Shown here piece after piece: positions 1 to 9,454 of a stretch of DNA of 64,000 bases. The notes beneath the pieces are model-generated. The model made no database searches. It was not told where the DNA came from and saw only the letters and a list, made by a program, of their open reading frames with translations. Both the position numbers and the translations under genes were made by a program. Each line of letters begins with the position of its first letter. Positions within the stretch are counted from its first letter, which is position 1. The DNA is from Planctomycetota bacterium (GTDB taxonomy: Bacteria; Planctomycetota; UBA1135; UBA2386): NCBI GenBank assembly GCA_041398565.1, contig JAWKUN010000002.1, positions 1,717,376 through 1,781,375 on the forward strand, read 5' to 3'.

Positions 1-814
1 TGGCTCGCAGCGCCGGCACCAGCAGCGAGGTGACGCTGAGGGTCAAGACGAAGGCGAGGGCGGCTCGGCGCCGCAGGGGCGGCCGGCCCGACCAGGCGCT
101 CCACAAGAGGACGCAGCCGAGCTCGAGGCCCAGCAAGAGCGTCGTGGCGTGCCAGGTGGCGGCGGCAAGCACGGCCAGGAGGGCGGCGAGCACCGCGCGC
201 GCCGGTGTGCAGCGGTTCATCGCCCACGCGCCGGCACCGAGGTGTGCGGCCAGCCACGGCAAGCTCGTGTCTTCGTTCATGAGCACGAAGCCGATGGTGC
301 GGTAGGCGGCGGGCGTGAGCGCGAAGAGGAGCGCGGCCAACGCGGCCACCTCGGTGCGGCGGGACATGGCGCGGGCCAGGGCGAACACGCCGAGCGCACA
401 CAAGCTCATGCTCGACGCCAGCGCGACCGTGCACAGGCGGTGCAGCGGCACGCCGGGGAAGACAAAGTGCAGCTGCGCCAGCAGCAGCTCGTGTCCGACG
501 GTGAACGTGCTCCAGCAGTCGACGACGGCAGGGTGTTCGACGTGCACGTCGGCGGCAAAGCTGGCGTCGGGCCATCCGCCGCCGGCGATGAAGCGCTGCA
601 ACAAGTACCACAGGGTGCCGGGGTCGGCGCGGACCACGCCTTCGGCGGGACCGTCGAACAGGCCACTCGCGAACGCCGTGTGTACACGCAGCCAGACGCC
701 GAGGCCGACCGCGAGGGCGATGCAGGCGAGGCCGAACCAGGAGCGCACGGCGGCAGGGTAGCGGTGGATTCGGTTCGCGTCGCGTCTGCACTGTGGCCGC
801 GACCGTGCCGTCAC
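1..814 (-). CDS. polytopic integral membrane protein (N-terminal ~271 codons; C-terminus beyond left edge); possibly GT-C-type glycosyltransferase
   Basis: Not in the ORF track because there is no stop in the window. My own minus-strand translation from GTG at 814 stays open to base 1. The product is hydrophobic with multiple helices (SWFGLACIALAVGLGVWL, LAALLAVLAAATW, ALAFVLTLSVTSLLV). The GTG overlaps the stop of the upstream MBOAT gene (GTGA at 811-814). The function call is weak. Confidence 0.5.
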   Translation of the reverse strand, partial: MTARSRPQCRRDANRIHRYPAAVRSWFGLACIALAVGLGVWLRVHTAFASGLFDGPAEGVVRADPGTLWYLLQRFIAGGGWPDASFAADVHVEHPAVVDCWSTFTVGHELLLAQLHFVFPGVPLHRLCTVALASSMSLCALGVFALARAMSRRTEVAALAALLFALTPAAYRTIGFVLMNEDTSLPWLAAHLGAGAWAMNRCTPARAVLAALLAVLAAATWHATTLLLGLELGCVLLWSAWSGRPPLRRRAALAFVLTLSVTSLLVPALRA

Positions 815-1710
815 GCGCCGAGACTCTGCGCGAACCAGGCGAGGACCTGGTCGCGAAAGGCGGCGGGGAAGGCGAGCGGGACCGGCAGCAGCAGGCACGT
901 CCACGTCCACACGCGGCCACGCAGCGCGTGGTCCTGCTCGACCCGGAACGCCAGCGCTTGCACCGCGAAGTACAGCGTCGGCTGTCCGTAGCCGCCGCGC
1001 GCCGGCAGCGTGATGGCGAGTTCGTGCAGGACCCCTGAGAAGAGGAACGCGGCCCAGGTGGCCGGCCCGCGGCCCAACCGGCGTCGCAGTGGCCGGTGGA
1101 CCACCAAGGCGGTGAGCTCGGCGAAGCCCAGGTTCCAGCGGCGTCCCCAGAACTCGGCGAGGTTCGTCGCCCTCCATGGCGCCCGGAAGAGGCGCTCGGC
1201 GGCGAAGCCGAGCCGGCGTAGCAGGGCGGTCGCCCAGGTGAACAGGCCGAAGTGCACGGCCAGCGAGCTACCGGCGAAGACGAGCACGAGCGAGGCGAGG
1301 CGTGGCAGCGGGGCGCGCACGGCGACGGCCACGCAGGCGAGCCCCGAGAGCAGGCCGAGTGCGCCGGCCCGGAAGAGTCGCGCCGCCGGTCGCGCGGCGC
1401 CGCGCTGCGCCAAGCTGCGTGGGTCCATCCCGGGCCAGACGCAGAACCACGCCCAGGCGCTGGCGGCGAGCCGGTCGGTGGCGTGGGCGGCGACGACGCA
1501 CTTCATTCCCACCAGTGTGCTGGCGACGAGCAGCAGCATGCGGGGCATGAACGGTGCGCCGTGGGCCGCGAGCGCGGCGCCGGCGATGGTGGCGCCGGCG
1601 AGGGTCCAGGCCACGGCGACCGTGGGCAGCCGCCCGCGCGCCCGCTGTAGCGCGTAGCCGCAGGTGCCGGCGAGCGGCAGCCCCACCGCCGCGTAGGCGA
1701 GTGCGCTCAC
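811..1710 (-). CDS. MBOAT-family membrane-bound O-acyltransferase (MBOAT_2 / wax-synthase-like)
   Basis: 299-aa multi-TM ORF. It carries the motif NLAEFWGRRWNL and a conserved His in GVLHELA. The GTG start at 1710 overlaps the stop of the upstream ORF (GTGA). Confidence 0.8.
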   Translation of the reverse strand: MSALAYAAVGLPLAGTCGYALQRARGRLPTVAVAWTLAGATIAGAALAAHGAPFMPRMLLLVASTLVGMKCVVAAHATDRLAASAWAWFCVWPGMDPRSLAQRGAARPAARLFRAGALGLLSGLACVAVAVRAPLPRLASLVLVFAGSSLAVHFGLFTWATALLRRLGFAAERLFRAPWRATNLAEFWGRRWNLGFAELTALVVHRPLRRRLGRGPATWAAFLFSGVLHELAITLPARGGYGQPTLYFAVQALAFRVEQDHALRGRVWTWTCLLLPVPLAFPAAFRDQVLAWFAQSLGA

Positions 1711-2108
1711 CCCAGGCCCGCGGCCGCGGCCGCGAACACCAGGGCCACGAAGGCGAACGCCGCCGAGAACGCGATGTCGGCCAGCCGGTAGAACGGCCCC
1801 TGCGGCGCATACCTCCGGTAGGCAACGAACTGCAAGGTCACACGCGCGCCCCAGTAGAGGGCGCCGTAGCCCGACACCGCGCGCGGTAGGGGGCCGGATG
1901 CAAGGAGGCTGTCGGGCAGCAACAACGACGCTATCGCCAGCGCCAGGTTGGTGGCGACGATGTAGCCGGCATAGGTCCAGAAGACGACCCGGGTCAGGGG
2001 CTCGAGCCGGCGGGTCTCCTCGCGCCAGCCGAGCACGGCCGGCACCAGCATGCTGGCCAGGACGATCCCGAGCTGCACCACGCCGGCGATGACCAGGAGT
2101 CCGTGCAT
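1707..2108 (-). CDS. small integral membrane protein (about 4 TM helices)
   Basis: 133-aa hydrophobic ORF with strong G/C third-position bias. ATG at 2108. Its stop is fused to the MBOAT start, so it is the first gene of a three-gene coupled operon. Confidence 0.6.
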   Translation of the reverse strand: MHGLLVIAGVVQLGIVLASMLVPAVLGWREETRRLEPLTRVVFWTYAGYIVATNLALAIASLLLPDSLLASGPLPRAVSGYGALYWGARVTLQFVAYRRYAPQGPFYRLADIAFSAAFAFVALVFAAAAAGLG

Positions 2109-2205
2109 CGTCGGCCCAACGCGGAGGGGAACGGTGGATTTCGCGCCTCGGCCGGCTTTCGGCCCGGTCGCGGCCCCGGGCGGCTACGGCGTTCGCGCCG
2201 GCCGC

Positions 2206-3978
2206 CTACTGCACGACGAAGTTGGCGATGCCGGCGGTCGTCACCTGGGTGGTGTTGTCGAAGGTGCCGACGGCGCTGATCCGCACCACCTTGAGGCCGC
2301 TGGTGAGCTTGCCGTTGAGCGCGGTGACGAAGCTGGAGAAGGTCAGGTGCAGCTCGGTGGCGCGTGCTTGGGTGATGGCGAAGAGGCCGCGGGCAGCCGC
2401 GGGCTCGATCGCCGGCTCGGGCGAGTTCTGCAGCACGACGGGTGCGAAGCCGTCACCCACGGCCTTGATCAGCGCCTGCGACACGTCGAACGACACCGAC
2501 GAACTCGTCGTCGTCGGCGTGACGGCCTGAGCCGGCGCCCATTGGCACAGAAGCACGCGAGCGGCCGCGGTGCGGTCGACGAGCGAGACGGCGGTGAAGT
2601 TGGCGTCGGCCGGCACGCCCACCGCGTTGACGAACCCGATGGCGCGCACGCGCGAGTTGAGGGTGATTCCGGTCGTCACCAGCCCGGTGGTGTCGATGGT
2701 GTAGGCGTCGGGGTCGGCCTCGCTGGTGGCGGCCACGGTGAAGTCGAACACCGATGCGTCGCGCAAGTCGAAGCGGGTGACGTCGAGGGTCAGGGTGTTG
2801 TTGCTGACGCTGCCGTTGGCGATGCCGAACACCGACGTCGGCAACATGCGCGCGACGCCGTTGGCGGCACTGCCGGCGTCCATGGTCGTGCCGGTCATGT
2901 CGCCGAAGACCATGACGATCTGGCCGACGTTGAGGTCGTCGGTGCCGAACGGCGACTCGAGCCCACGCTTGAGCACGAGCGTCTGACCGCGCACCACGTT
3001 GACCGTGTGGCTGGTGTTGAAGCGCCGCGTGGTCGTGCCGACGTCGAGCGACTGGCCGAGCACGGTCAGGGTGGCATCCCCGCCGGCCGCGCCCGTGCGC
3101 GCCGTGACGTGCCCGACGATCCAGTCCTGTCCGTTCCCCGGCACGCCGTAGCCGGTCTCGACGGCGGTGGCCTCGAGCACGCGGTCGGTGGAGTTGATGG
3201 TGCCTTGCACGAAGACACGCGGGCCGAGGTTGGCGCGCGACGCCAGGGCGCCGAGGCCGGCGTCACCGATGCTGACCACGCCGTCGATCTGGAACAGAGT
3301 GGTGGTGCTGGTTCGCACCGTGTAGGGAGCGATCACGGTGTTGCTGGTCGAGAGCTTCTGCACCAGGAAGGTGCGACCCCCCGTGTCCACCGTGCCGAGT
3401 GCGCCCTGGATGCGCGCTGGCTTGGCGTTGGTGAAGTCGACGGTGGCCGCGAGCACCGGCGTGAACGTCACGCGGTTGTTGGCGCTGTCGATGGCCAGCG
3501 ACTGGTCGAGGTCGAGGTCCAGGGTCCAAAGGTGGTTGCGCCTCGCGATGAGCTGCGGGCGCGAGGCACTACCGAAGGTCACCTCGACGTCGATGGCGCC
3601 GGTGATGGGGTTGCCTGACGAGTCCACCACGGTGGCGTGCGAGGACTGATCGTGCAGACAGACGATGGCGTTGGTGAAGTCGAGGGTCAGGGTCAGCCCT
3701 CGGTAGAAGCCTGCCGGAAGAGTGCCGCCGACGATGAGGTCGGAGAGCTGCTCGAGCTCGACGAAGTCGACACGGACCGGCGATGTCAGCGCGCTCACGT
3801 CGGCACCGCCGGCGCGGTGCAGGACCGCACCGGTGACGTCGACCTCGAACACGGCCAGTTCGTCGCTGGCCGCGTCGGTGAGCAGGAGCGAGAACTCTGC
3901 CTGGGCGTTGTCGGACGATTGGCCGCAGCCGAGCGTCAGCGCGCAGAGCAGGAACGGGGCGAAGCGTGGGAGGCGCAT
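2206..3978 (-). CDS. DUF4382-like lipoprotein
   Basis: 590-aa ORF. Signal peptide with lipobox LTLGC. The N-terminal block FSLLLTDAASDEL...VDFVELEQLSDL...LPAGFYRGLTLTLDF resembles the DUF4382 pattern as I remember it. The remainder is Thr/Val-rich and beta-like. Confidence 0.75.
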   Translation of the reverse strand: MRLPRFAPFLLCALTLGCGQSSDNAQAEFSLLLTDAASDELAVFEVDVTGAVLHRAGGADVSALTSPVRVDFVELEQLSDLIVGGTLPAGFYRGLTLTLDFTNAIVCLHDQSSHATVVDSSGNPITGAIDVEVTFGSASRPQLIARRNHLWTLDLDLDQSLAIDSANNRVTFTPVLAATVDFTNAKPARIQGALGTVDTGGRTFLVQKLSTSNTVIAPYTVRTSTTTLFQIDGVVSIGDAGLGALASRANLGPRVFVQGTINSTDRVLEATAVETGYGVPGNGQDWIVGHVTARTGAAGGDATLTVLGQSLDVGTTTRRFNTSHTVNVVRGQTLVLKRGLESPFGTDDLNVGQIVMVFGDMTGTTMDAGSAANGVARMLPTSVFGIANGSVSNNTLTLDVTRFDLRDASVFDFTVAATSEADPDAYTIDTTGLVTTGITLNSRVRAIGFVNAVGVPADANFTAVSLVDRTAAARVLLCQWAPAQAVTPTTTSSSVSFDVSQALIKAVGDGFAPVVLQNSPEPAIEPAAARGLFAITQARATELHLTFSSFVTALNGKLTSGLKVVRISAVGTFDNTTQVTTAGIANFVVQ

Positions 3979-4185
3979 AGCTGGTTCAGGGGATCCGATG
4001 ACAACGGAGCATCGGCGTTCCGATCGGCTCGCCTTGAGACGGTTTCGCCTCGATTGTCAGGATTCGGCACAGCGGGCCGCGGCGAGCGCACGAACGTGAA
4101 GTTGCCGGCGGCGTCCATCTCGGGGACAGGGTCGTCGCCCATCCCCGGCGGAGCGGTCCTGTCGCCTCGCCTCGTGGCCCTGCGC

Positions 4186-5346
4186 TCAGCGTTGAGGCGA
4201 CCGGCGTGCCGCCAGCCACGTGGCCCACTTGGCCGGGTCGGCGCCCGGATCGGTGCCCTCGAGCTTGCCGATCGCGGCGCGGTAGGCCTTGACGATCTCG
4301 ATCCGCTGGGTCACCACGGCGCCGACGCGGACGTCGAGGACCGAGCCGTAGCTGAGGGCGTCGACCTTGGGGTCGGCGATGAACGAGGACTGCGCCACCT
4401 CGACGTCGAAGTCCCTGATGTAGGACTGCTGGGTGATGAACGCGACGTGCGCGCGCTCGCCGATCTCGTTGCCGCTCGCGGCGTACGGCCCAGCGCTGAC
4501 GAGTGCGTCCACGGCCGACGGCTCGCCGAGGGCACCGAGTGCCTCGGCAGCGCGGATGTTCATCTTCGGGTGCTTGTGCACGAGCCACTTGCCGACGTAG
4601 TCGGCCGCGACGCGGGTGATCTCGGCCGCGGTGGCCAGTTCGACGACCCGGCTCCGGACCTCGGGCGCGTTGTCGAACACCGCCGAGCGCAGCACGAAGT
4701 CGCGCCCCTTGTCGTTGCCGTCGCCCTGCCACTGCAGCCAGATCGCCTCGTTGGCGACCAGCCGATGGTCGGTGTCCTGCGCGGCCCGGGCGGTGGTGCG
4801 TAGATCCTTGTCGATGCCGTCGAGGCGGGCGAGCACGTGCGCCGACGCGGCGCGGCGCGCGGGCGAACACTTCGCTGGCATCGCGTGCACGATCTCGCGG
4901 GCCTTGATCGGGCCGACGCTCTTGCGCCACCGTGAGGGCAGCACTTCCGGCTCGAGGGTGCCGAGGAACTCGTCGAGACGTTGGCGCACGTCCGCTGGCA
5001 TGTCCTGGTGTGCGAGAGCTCGGTCGAGGTAGCTCCACATCTCGTCCGGGAGGTTCCAGTCGCGCGCCGTGAAGGCCAGGTGCAGGCAGGAAAACGCCGA
5101 CAGGTGGCCACATCGGGAGGCGAGCCCCAGCAGGTCGGCGCGCAACTCCTTGTTGCCGCGGATCCGGACCACTTCGGAGCGCGGCACCGCGACGTCGCCG
5201 TCGCGGGTGGCGACGATGAGGAGTTGGGCGCGCTCCTCGACGGGGCCGTAGAGCTTGCGGCCGTCCTGGAGGACGACCTCGTCGGCGCGGGCCGTGGTGG
5301 AAAGGGCGAACAGGCTGGCGACGGCCAGCAGGGTGCTCCGCGTCAT
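4186..5346 (-). CDS. secreted HEAT-repeat protein
   Basis: 386-aa ORF. Cleavable signal peptide (FALSTTARADE). HEAT/PBS-lyase-like repeat IRAAEALGALGEPSAVDALV. Confidence 0.7.
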   Translation of the reverse strand: MTRSTLLAVASLFALSTTARADEVVLQDGRKLYGPVEERAQLLIVATRDGDVAVPRSEVVRIRGNKELRADLLGLASRCGHLSAFSCLHLAFTARDWNLPDEMWSYLDRALAHQDMPADVRQRLDEFLGTLEPEVLPSRWRKSVGPIKAREIVHAMPAKCSPARRAASAHVLARLDGIDKDLRTTARAAQDTDHRLVANEAIWLQWQGDGNDKGRDFVLRSAVFDNAPEVRSRVVELATAAEITRVAADYVGKWLVHKHPKMNIRAAEALGALGEPSAVDALVSAGPYAASGNEIGERAHVAFITQQSYIRDFDVEVAQSSFIADPKVDALSYGSVLDVRVGAVVTQRIEIVKAYRAAIGKLEGTDPGADPAKWATWLAARRSPQR

Positions 5347-5452
5347 GGTTCGTGAGGGTTGGGCGGCCGGTACGACTCTTGAACGCTCTGGCTATCCTAC
5401 CCGGATACCTCGCGTGCCGCCGCTGCCTCGGCGGCGCCTGGGAGAGAGCGCA

Positions 5453-6355
5453 ATGACGATGACTTCGAGACGTTCCACGTGGGCGGTTTTTCTCCTGGTC
5501 CCGCTGGCCCCCTTGGCGGCGCAGGATCCCGACGCGCCGCACAAGCCGACGGTGGCCGAACTCGTCTCCCAGCTCCAGCAGCGGGAGAGAGCGGCCAAGA
5601 CCGTCAGCCTGTCGATGCGCAGCCGGTCGGCGGTGCCCGACGGGCCCTCCTTCGAGACGACGGGGACGCTGCGTGTCCTCGGCACGACACACTTCCATGT
5701 CTCGATGCGGATGAAGATCGGGGAGGGCATGGAGGGCGAGCAGGAGGTCGTCCGGACTCCCGGTGGCACCTGGACCCGCGAGGTCGACCCGATGCAGGGC
5801 GAAGTCATCACCAAGATGAGCAAGGAGACCATGGCGGCGCTGGAAGATGCGGCGAAGGTGCTCGGCGACGACGTGCCGGCGGGGGCCGTTCCCGGCCAGA
5901 GCGAGGCGCCGCTGGGGAGCGCCATGCTGGCCAGCCTGGCCAAGCGGTTCCAGCTCGAGGTGGCCAACAAGCTGGTGCGTGACGGCATCGACCACTGGGT
6001 CGTGCGCGGCGATCTGCGCGCGGACGCGCTGTCCGCGGGCGAGGACGACGGGCTGCCGCGCCCCGACCGGGTCGAACTGCTGGTGCGGGCCAGCGCGGAT
6101 GGGCCGCTCGCCGTCGTCAAGATGTCCCAGTTCTCGCAGGGCGTGGAGGTCATGACGGTCGAGATCGACTCGGTCGTGCTGGACGAGCCCATGACGGAGG
6201 CCTCGTTCAAGATCGACGACCGCGGCCGCAAGGTCATCGACGTGATGGAGCACCCGCCGGCGGCGCTGCAGATCCAGGCCGTACTCGACCAGGCCAAGCG
6301 CAAGAAGGAGGGAGCGGCGGCCGGCAAGGACCCGGGGCCGGACCGCGGGCGCTGA
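5453..6355 (+). CDS. hypothetical secreted protein (weak LolA/LolB-like sorting-protein resemblance)
   Basis: The track ORF starts at 5255, but its first 66 codons are Arg/Ser-rich junk. The in-frame ATG at 5453 gives the signal peptide MTMTSRRSTWAVFLLVPLAPLAAQ. It is divergent from the HEAT gene. No catalytic motif was seen. Confidence 0.65.
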   Translation: MTMTSRRSTWAVFLLVPLAPLAAQDPDAPHKPTVAELVSQLQQRERAAKTVSLSMRSRSAVPDGPSFETTGTLRVLGTTHFHVSMRMKIGEGMEGEQEVVRTPGGTWTREVDPMQGEVITKMSKETMAALEDAAKVLGDDVPAGAVPGQSEAPLGSAMLASLAKRFQLEVANKLVRDGIDHWVVRGDLRADALSAGEDDGLPRPDRVELLVRASADGPLAVVKMSQFSQGVEVMTVEIDSVVLDEPMTEASFKIDDRGRKVIDVMEHPPAALQIQAVLDQAKRKKEGAAAGKDPGPDRGR

Positions 6356-6424
6356 GCGAGGCGGGCGGAGCTCGGCGGCGACTCGGGCTGGAGCGCGTGC
6401 CGAGTTCGCGCCGATAGCAGGGGC

Positions 6425-7768
6425 GTGTCCCGACCCCTGTCCCCAGCCGAGCGGAGCGTGCTGGTCGCCGTGATTCTCGCGGTCGCGCTCGTCCTGCGGG
6501 TCGGCTTCGTGCTCGAGACGCACGTCGCCAATCCCATCCGCGCCGACGCCGCGCACTACGTGCAGTACGCGAGCAATCTGCACGAGCGCGGCGTCTTCGG
6601 CCTCGGTGCGGGCGACGACGTGCGACCGGACTCCTTCCGCTCGCCGGGCTATCCCGTGTTCCTGTGGTTGCATCGAGCCGTGTTCGGCGCGGACCGTCTC
6701 TACGTGTCGGCGCGCCTGTCGCAGGCAGTCCTCGACACACTGACTGTGCTGTTCGCGTTCTGGCTGGCGCGGCGTGTGCTGCCCTTCGCCGGCGCGCTCG
6801 TGGCGGCGGCGCTCACCGCGCTCAGTCCGCACCTGGTGGCCAATACCGGCTACCTGCTCACCGAGACCCAGACGACGGCGACGCTCACGGCCGCCCTCGT
6901 CGGCCTGGCGGGATTCGGCGGCGGACGCAGCGGCGTGGCGCGGGCCCTCGCCACCGGCGCCGCCTTCTCCCTGGCGGTTCTCACCAACGAGGCGCTGGCG
7001 CCGGTGCCGTGGCTGCTGGCCGCACTGGTCTACCTGCGCGCCGACAAGCCACGCTGCCCGGCTCTGCGCACCCAGTGTCTGGCGATGCTCGCCGTCTGCG
7101 CCGTGGCGCAGGGCGGCTGGGCGCTGCGCAACGCCGTGTCGGTGGCCGGCGATGCTCCGCGCGGCGCGAGCCGGGCGCTGCAGACGATCAGTCACGGGAC
7201 CTACCCGGACTTCGTGTACAGGGATCCACGCTTCCGCTACATGCCCTACCGCGACGATCCGGAGCAGCCGCGCTACGGCGAGGACCCGGGGCACTTCTGG
7301 CGAGTGTTCACCAGCCGCGTCGCCGAGCGACCCTGGCGCTACGCGAGCTGGTATCTGTTGGAGAAGCCGGTGCACCTCTGGGGCTTCGACGGCCTGCAAG
7401 CCGACCGCGAGATCTACACCTATCCGGCTTCGCAAACCCTGTACGACAAGCACGCTGCCGCCGGCATGACGCTGTCGCTCATGCGCCTCCTGCACTGGCC
7501 GCTGGTGCTGCTCGGTGTGCTGGGAGCGGCCTCGGCTCTGCGGTGGCGCCGCGATCGCGTGCGCACGCCGACCACGCTGCTGGCGTTCGTAGTGTGCATC
7601 GGGTGGATGACGGTGGTCGGCGTGGTGTTCGCGCCGTGGCCTCGCTACGTCATGCCGCTGCGCCCGGCGTTGTTCGTGCTGGCCACCGTCGCGTCGTGGC
7701 GGTTGGTCGCGGCGTTGGCGCGTCGTCGACCGGCGGCGGCAGAAGTCGGGGCTGCGGCAGTTCGCTGA
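6425..7768 (+). CDS. GT39/ArnT-like (PMT_2) membrane glycosyltransferase
   Basis: 447-aa multi-TM ORF with a GTG start. The early-loop motif RADAAHYVQYASNL and the overall layout are typical of dolichyl-phosphate-mannose/ArnT-type GT-C enzymes. Confidence 0.75.
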   Translation: MSRPLSPAERSVLVAVILAVALVLRVGFVLETHVANPIRADAAHYVQYASNLHERGVFGLGAGDDVRPDSFRSPGYPVFLWLHRAVFGADRLYVSARLSQAVLDTLTVLFAFWLARRVLPFAGALVAAALTALSPHLVANTGYLLTETQTTATLTAALVGLAGFGGGRSGVARALATGAAFSLAVLTNEALAPVPWLLAALVYLRADKPRCPALRTQCLAMLAVCAVAQGGWALRNAVSVAGDAPRGASRALQTISHGTYPDFVYRDPRFRYMPYRDDPEQPRYGEDPGHFWRVFTSRVAERPWRYASWYLLEKPVHLWGFDGLQADREIYTYPASQTLYDKHAAAGMTLSLMRLLHWPLVLLGVLGAASALRWRRDRVRTPTTLLAFVVCIGWMTVVGVVFAPWPRYVMPLRPALFVLATVASWRLVAALARRRPAAAEVGAAAVR

Positions 7769-9355
7769 CTACGCCTTGTCCTCTTCGGCCGGCGGCTTGT
7801 CGAGCAGCTGCAGGTCCTTGTAGCGGTCGCGGGCGTAGTTGATCTCGAACTCGCTGTTGAAGAGCGCCACTGGCCGCCCGGTCTCGTCGCGCACCACCAT
7901 CGGCAGCAGGTCGAGCAGGTCGGGCGTCGTCGTCACCATCCAGCGCGCGCGCGTGTAGGGCAAGCGCTGCATCTTGATCGCCACGTTGTATTCGTTCTCG
8001 AGGCGGTGCTGGAACACCTGGAGCTGCAGTTCGCCGACCGCGCCCAGGATCGGCTCGCGCGCGCCGAGGCGCGGCCAGAAGACCTGGACGACGCCCTCTT
8101 CGCCGAGTTGCTCCAGACCCTTGCCGAAGCCCTTGCTCATCGACGGGTCGCTGGCGCGCACTTGCGCGAAGATCTCCGGGGCGAAGCGCGGGAAATTGTG
8201 TGCTTCGAACCGCGGCCCCGAGGTGAGCACGTCGCCGACTCGGAACAGGCCGGGGTTGATGAGGCCGACGACGTCGCCCGGGAACGCTTCGTCGATGACG
8301 ATGCGGTCTTGGCCGAAGAACCGGTAGGGGTGCGACAGGCGCACTTCGCGGTCCATGCGCACGTGCCGCGCGGACATCCCTCGCTCGAAGCGCCCCGACG
8401 TGATGCGCGCGAACGCGACGCGGTCGCGATGCTGCTTGTCCATGTTGGCCGCCACCTTGAACACGAAGGCAGTGAAGTGCTTCGAGTCCGGCGGCACCTC
8501 GCCGTCCAGGGTCGGCAAGGGGCCGGGCGGCGGGCTCATCTCGAGAAAGCGCTGCAGGATGTTCTCGACGCCGAAGTTGACCAGCGCGCTCACGAAGAAC
8601 ACCGGACTGATCTCGCCGCGCAGGAAGCGTTCCTGGTCGAACGGATCGATGCAGGTCTCGACGGTCTGCAGGTCCTCCATCAGCTTGGCGTGCGCGTCCT
8701 CGCCGACTTGTTCGACCAGGAGCGGATCGCCGGGGCCCGACACCTTCACCGGGGCCCGCTGCGCGTTGTGCGCGGTGCGCTCGAACAGGAGCACGCGGCG
8801 CTTGTCGACCTCGTACACGCCTTTCAGCTCGTTGTCGACCTTGATCGGCCAGGTGATCGGCACGCAGGTGATGCCCAGCACCTTCTCGACCTCGTCCATC
8901 AGGTCGTAGGGGCTGCGGGTCGGACGGTCCATCTTGTTGACGATCGTGACGATCGGCAGGCCCCGCGCCTTGCACACCTTGAACAGCTTGATCGTCTGCG
9001 TCTCGACGCCCTTGGCGCCGTCGATCAACATCATGGCGCAGTCGGCCGCCACCAGGGTGCGGTAGGTGTCTTCGGAGAAGTCCTGGTGGCCGGGTGTGTC
9101 GAGCAGGTTGATGCGGTAGCCCTGGTAGTCGAACTGCAGGGCCGAGCTGGTGATCGAGATGCCGCGCTGGCGCTCGAGCTCCATCCAGTCGGAGGTCGTC
9201 TGATGCTGGCCGCGCCGGGCCTTGACCGCGCCGGCCTCGTGGATGGCGCCGCCGTACAGCAGGAGCTTCTCGGTGAGGGTGGTCTTGCCGGCGTCGGGGT
9301 GCGAGATGATCGCAAAGGTGCGGCGCCGGGCGATTTCAGCGGCGAGGTCGGCCAT
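7769..9355 (-). CDS. prfC: peptide chain release factor 3
   Basis: 528 aa. GTPase motifs AIISHPDAGKTT, DTPGHQDF and NKMD are present. The full-length RF3-like sequence includes SDWMELERQRGISI. Confidence 0.97.
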   Translation of the reverse strand: MADLAAEIARRRTFAIISHPDAGKTTLTEKLLLYGGAIHEAGAVKARRGQHQTTSDWMELERQRGISITSSALQFDYQGYRINLLDTPGHQDFSEDTYRTLVAADCAMMLIDGAKGVETQTIKLFKVCKARGLPIVTIVNKMDRPTRSPYDLMDEVEKVLGITCVPITWPIKVDNELKGVYEVDKRRVLLFERTAHNAQRAPVKVSGPGDPLLVEQVGEDAHAKLMEDLQTVETCIDPFDQERFLRGEISPVFFVSALVNFGVENILQRFLEMSPPPGPLPTLDGEVPPDSKHFTAFVFKVAANMDKQHRDRVAFARITSGRFERGMSARHVRMDREVRLSHPYRFFGQDRIVIDEAFPGDVVGLINPGLFRVGDVLTSGPRFEAHNFPRFAPEIFAQVRASDPSMSKGFGKGLEQLGEEGVVQVFWPRLGAREPILGAVGELQLQVFQHRLENEYNVAIKMQRLPYTRARWMVTTTPDLLDLLPMVVRDETGRPVALFNSEFEINYARDRYKDLQLLDKPPAEEDKA

Positions 9356-9454
9356 CGAAAAGGGCGGCGGATGATAGCCGAGGTGCGCGGCAGATCGAGG
9401 CCGCGCACCTGCGGCTTCGAGGCGACCTCTACCGCACGGTGCGCTTCGGCGCGA

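Noticed and set aside
3986-7495. Very long ORFs such as 3986-7495(-), 21067-23739(-), 24914-28399(-), 39773-42094(-), 45509-47974(-) and 56922-59846(-).
   Set aside because: Their translations are monotonous Arg/Pro/Ala/Gly strings without motifs. They lie antisense to, or out of frame with, genes that have recognisable families (HEAT, GT39, SBP, pilT neighbours, gltX and others). These are typical shadow ORFs of a very GC-rich genome.
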